A stretch of DNA of 63,964 nt, counting the filler, from Lama guanicoe (taxonomy: Eukaryota), in NCBI GenBank assembly GCA_013239625.1. It is 79 parts of 77 records of this genome, joined end to end, with 100 filler letters (N's around TTAATTAATTAA, not from the genome) between each part and the next. Parts side by side here need not be neighbours in the genome. Positions count along the whole stretch, not along the records: positions 61,681 to 62,658 come from PNXV01012825.1; positions 62,759 to 63,396 come from PNXV01012826.1; positions 63,497 to 63,964 come from PNXV01012827.1; 76 more parts are not named here. The stretch is one strand, 5' to 3'. This document shows positions 61,681 through 63,964 of the stretch, piece after piece; positions within the stretch are counted from its first letter, which is position 1; each line of letters begins with the position of its first letter. The notes under the pieces were generated by a model. The model saw only the letters and a list, made by a program, of their open reading frames with translations, ran no database searches and was not told the DNA's origin. Both the position numbers and the translations under genes were made by a program.

Positions 61681-62658
61681 CCTGCAACCCATTACATTTG
61701 TGCTGGATGAACGAACGTCTCTTCACATGATCAGTTCTGAGACATAAGTGTGTGTGAAAGCCGTCCTTCACATATCTTGAAGGGAATACATAATTTCATT
61801 TCTGTTGCCAACTCCAATCCATACATATATATGGGGAGGTACAAGCTCCAACTCGGTTTTACAGTGAAAACGGCAGGCACTTCAAACCGGCACTAGGAAG
61901 CAGACTGAGAAACCACAGTAAGTGTTTCTCCTGCAACCCTTTCCAAGTGTTTCTCCTGCAACCCTTTCCCTTTGTGCTGTATGAACGAACGTCTCTCCAC
62001 ATGCTCGTTCTGAAAGATAAGTGTGTGTGAAAGCCGTCCTTCAAATACCTTGTAGGGAACACAAAGTTTCTTTTCAGTTGCAAACTCCAGTCCGTACATA
62101 TATATGGGGAGGTACAAGCTCCAACTCGGTTTTACAGTGAAAACGGCAGGCACTTCAAACCGGAACTAAGAAACAGACTGAGAATCCAGAATAATTGTTC
62201 CTCCTGCAACCCGTTCCCCTTGTGTTGGATGAACGAACGTCTCTCCACATACTCAGTTCTGAGAGATAAGTGTGCGTGAAAGCCGTCCTTCACCTAGCTT
62301 GAAGGGAACACAAAGTTACTTTCAGTTGCACACTCCATTCCATATATATATATGGGGAGGTACAAGCTCCAACTGTGTTTTACAGTGAAATCGGCAGGCA
62401 CTTCAAACCGGCACTAGGAAACAGACTGAGAAACCAGAGTAAGTGTTTCTCCTGCAACCCATTCCCTTTGTGCTGGATGAACGAAGATCTCTCTACATGC
62501 TCAGTTTTCAGAGATAAGTGTGTGTGAAAGCCTTCCGTCACCTAGCTTGAAGGGAACACAAAGTTTCTTTCAGTTGCACACTCCACTCCATATATATATA
62601 TGGGGAGGTAAAAGCTCCAACTGTGTTTTACAGTGAAATCGGCAGGCACTTCAAACCG
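61681..62658 (+). repeat. ~248-bp satellite family C
   Basis: AGGTA(C/A)AAGCTCCAACT at 61837, 62110, 62358 and 62606. Periods are 273, 248 and 248; the 273 includes a 25-bp internal duplication. Confidence 0.95.
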
Positions 62659-62849
62659 NNNNNNNNNNNNNNNNNNNNNNNNNNNNNNNNNNNNNNNNNN
62701 NNTTAATTAATTAANNNNNNNNNNNNNNNNNNNNNNNNNNNNNNNNNNNNNNNNNNNNGCTCTCTGTGGCGTAGACACTGGAAGAACCGAGGGGCTGAGC
62801 CCAAGGAGATGATCCATGATTGTGAGTTTGATGACAATTTTGTGTAATT

Positions 62850-63396
62850 TAAAAACATTTTAAATTTGAAATAATTATAGATTCATGGAAGTTTTCAAAA
62901 GCTGCACAGGGAGCTCTTGTGTACCCTTCACCCAGTCTCCTCCAGCAGTATGCAAACCAGGAAATTAATGTCGGTACAACCCGCAAAGCTTGTTTAGATT
63001 TCCACAGTTCTACCACAGTTCTACATACAGTCATGAGTGTGTGTGCGTGTTTCTATGCAGTTTTACACATGTGTGGGTCCATGTGTGCTTGTGCAGCTCA
63101 CGTATGGATTCATTACCGCAATCAAGACGCACAGCTGTTTCATAACCACAGGCTCCCTCAGGCTGCAGGTTTGTAGCCACGCCCGTCACCTCCCCCAATC
63201 AGTAACCCCTGACATCACTTACCTGTTCTTCTATCACTGCAGTTTTGTTATTTTAATACTGTTATATGAATGGCATTATATAGAGGTAGCCCTTGAGGTT
63301 TTCTTCACTGCGTGTGATTAACACAAGCATGAGATCTATTCACGTTTCTGTGTGTGCCCAGCCTGTTTGTTTCCTCTTCTTTCTGAGTGGTTTTCC
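62850..63396 (-). mobile_element. Old LINE-1 (L1M-type) 3' end
   Basis: TTTGAAATAATTATAGATTCATGGAAGTT...GTACCCTTCACCCAG...CTGTTCTTCTATCACT...GTTATATGAATGG. Confidence 0.8.
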
Positions 63397-63964
63397 NNNN
63401 NNNNNNNNNNNNNNNNNNNNNNNNNNNNNNNNNNNNNNNNTTAATTAATTAANNNNNNNNNNNNNNNNNNNNNNNNNNNNNNNNNNNNNNNNNNNNTCAG
63501 GAAGAATTAATGTCGTTATGGCATAAATTCTTCTACCCATGAATATATTTGGGACCCTTTCTTTTTATCTGTCCAGAGCCTGACCCATGGGAAGTCCTCA
63601 CTAATTTTTGGGCTTGTGTATGATGAGATTCTATACACCGTTAGTTGCAACTGTAACAATTCACAGAAAAGAAAAGTAACCTCAGTGAAGCCAAGTGATT
63701 CTCTGATGGTCAGAAAGAGTGAGAGCCAATGCTAGTGATCCAGTTGGTGCTTGAAACCAGAAATCTCCACAACCTACAGCTAAGGGGATTTGAGTGTTCT
63801 TTTATTTTGTCTTAATGGCATTGATTTTATTTTTACTTATTTCTTTAAATTAATTTTTTTTGAAGTGTGGTCAGTTTACAATGTTATTTTCAGATGTACA
63901 GCATTGATTCAGTTGTAAACATATGCATATGTATATATATATATATGTTTTAGATTGTTTTTAG

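Overview
This window is not one contiguous locus. It is about 79 short mammalian scaffolds (roughly 0.4-1.2 kb each) joined by an artificial 100-bp spacer (N44-TTAATTAATTAA-N44, stops in all six frames), so it looks like an 'unplaced scaffolds' pseudo-chromosome and adjacency between blocks has no biological meaning. The repeat content (LINE-1 fragments, MIR/L2, ERV LTRs and a short tRNA-derived SINE resembling camelid Vic-1) suggests a camelid host; that is inference. Three satellite families dominate: a GC-rich ~267-bp monomer with a diverged same-length sister family, a ~248-bp monomer, and an AT-rich heptamer (TTCNNNN) satellite. Only one known gene is recognisable: an intronless Emp2 CDS whose protein matches the mouse sequence as I recall it, probably cDNA contamination. 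The most interesting unexplained items are a 3'-terminal ORF of hexapeptide repeats ending in a 21-residue hydrophobic tail plus AATAAA (1341-1806), a CpG-rich scaffold with two spliceable minus-strand exons (2210-3167), and three pairs of paralogous scaffolds. I found no CRISPR array, operon or other convincing new multi-gene system.
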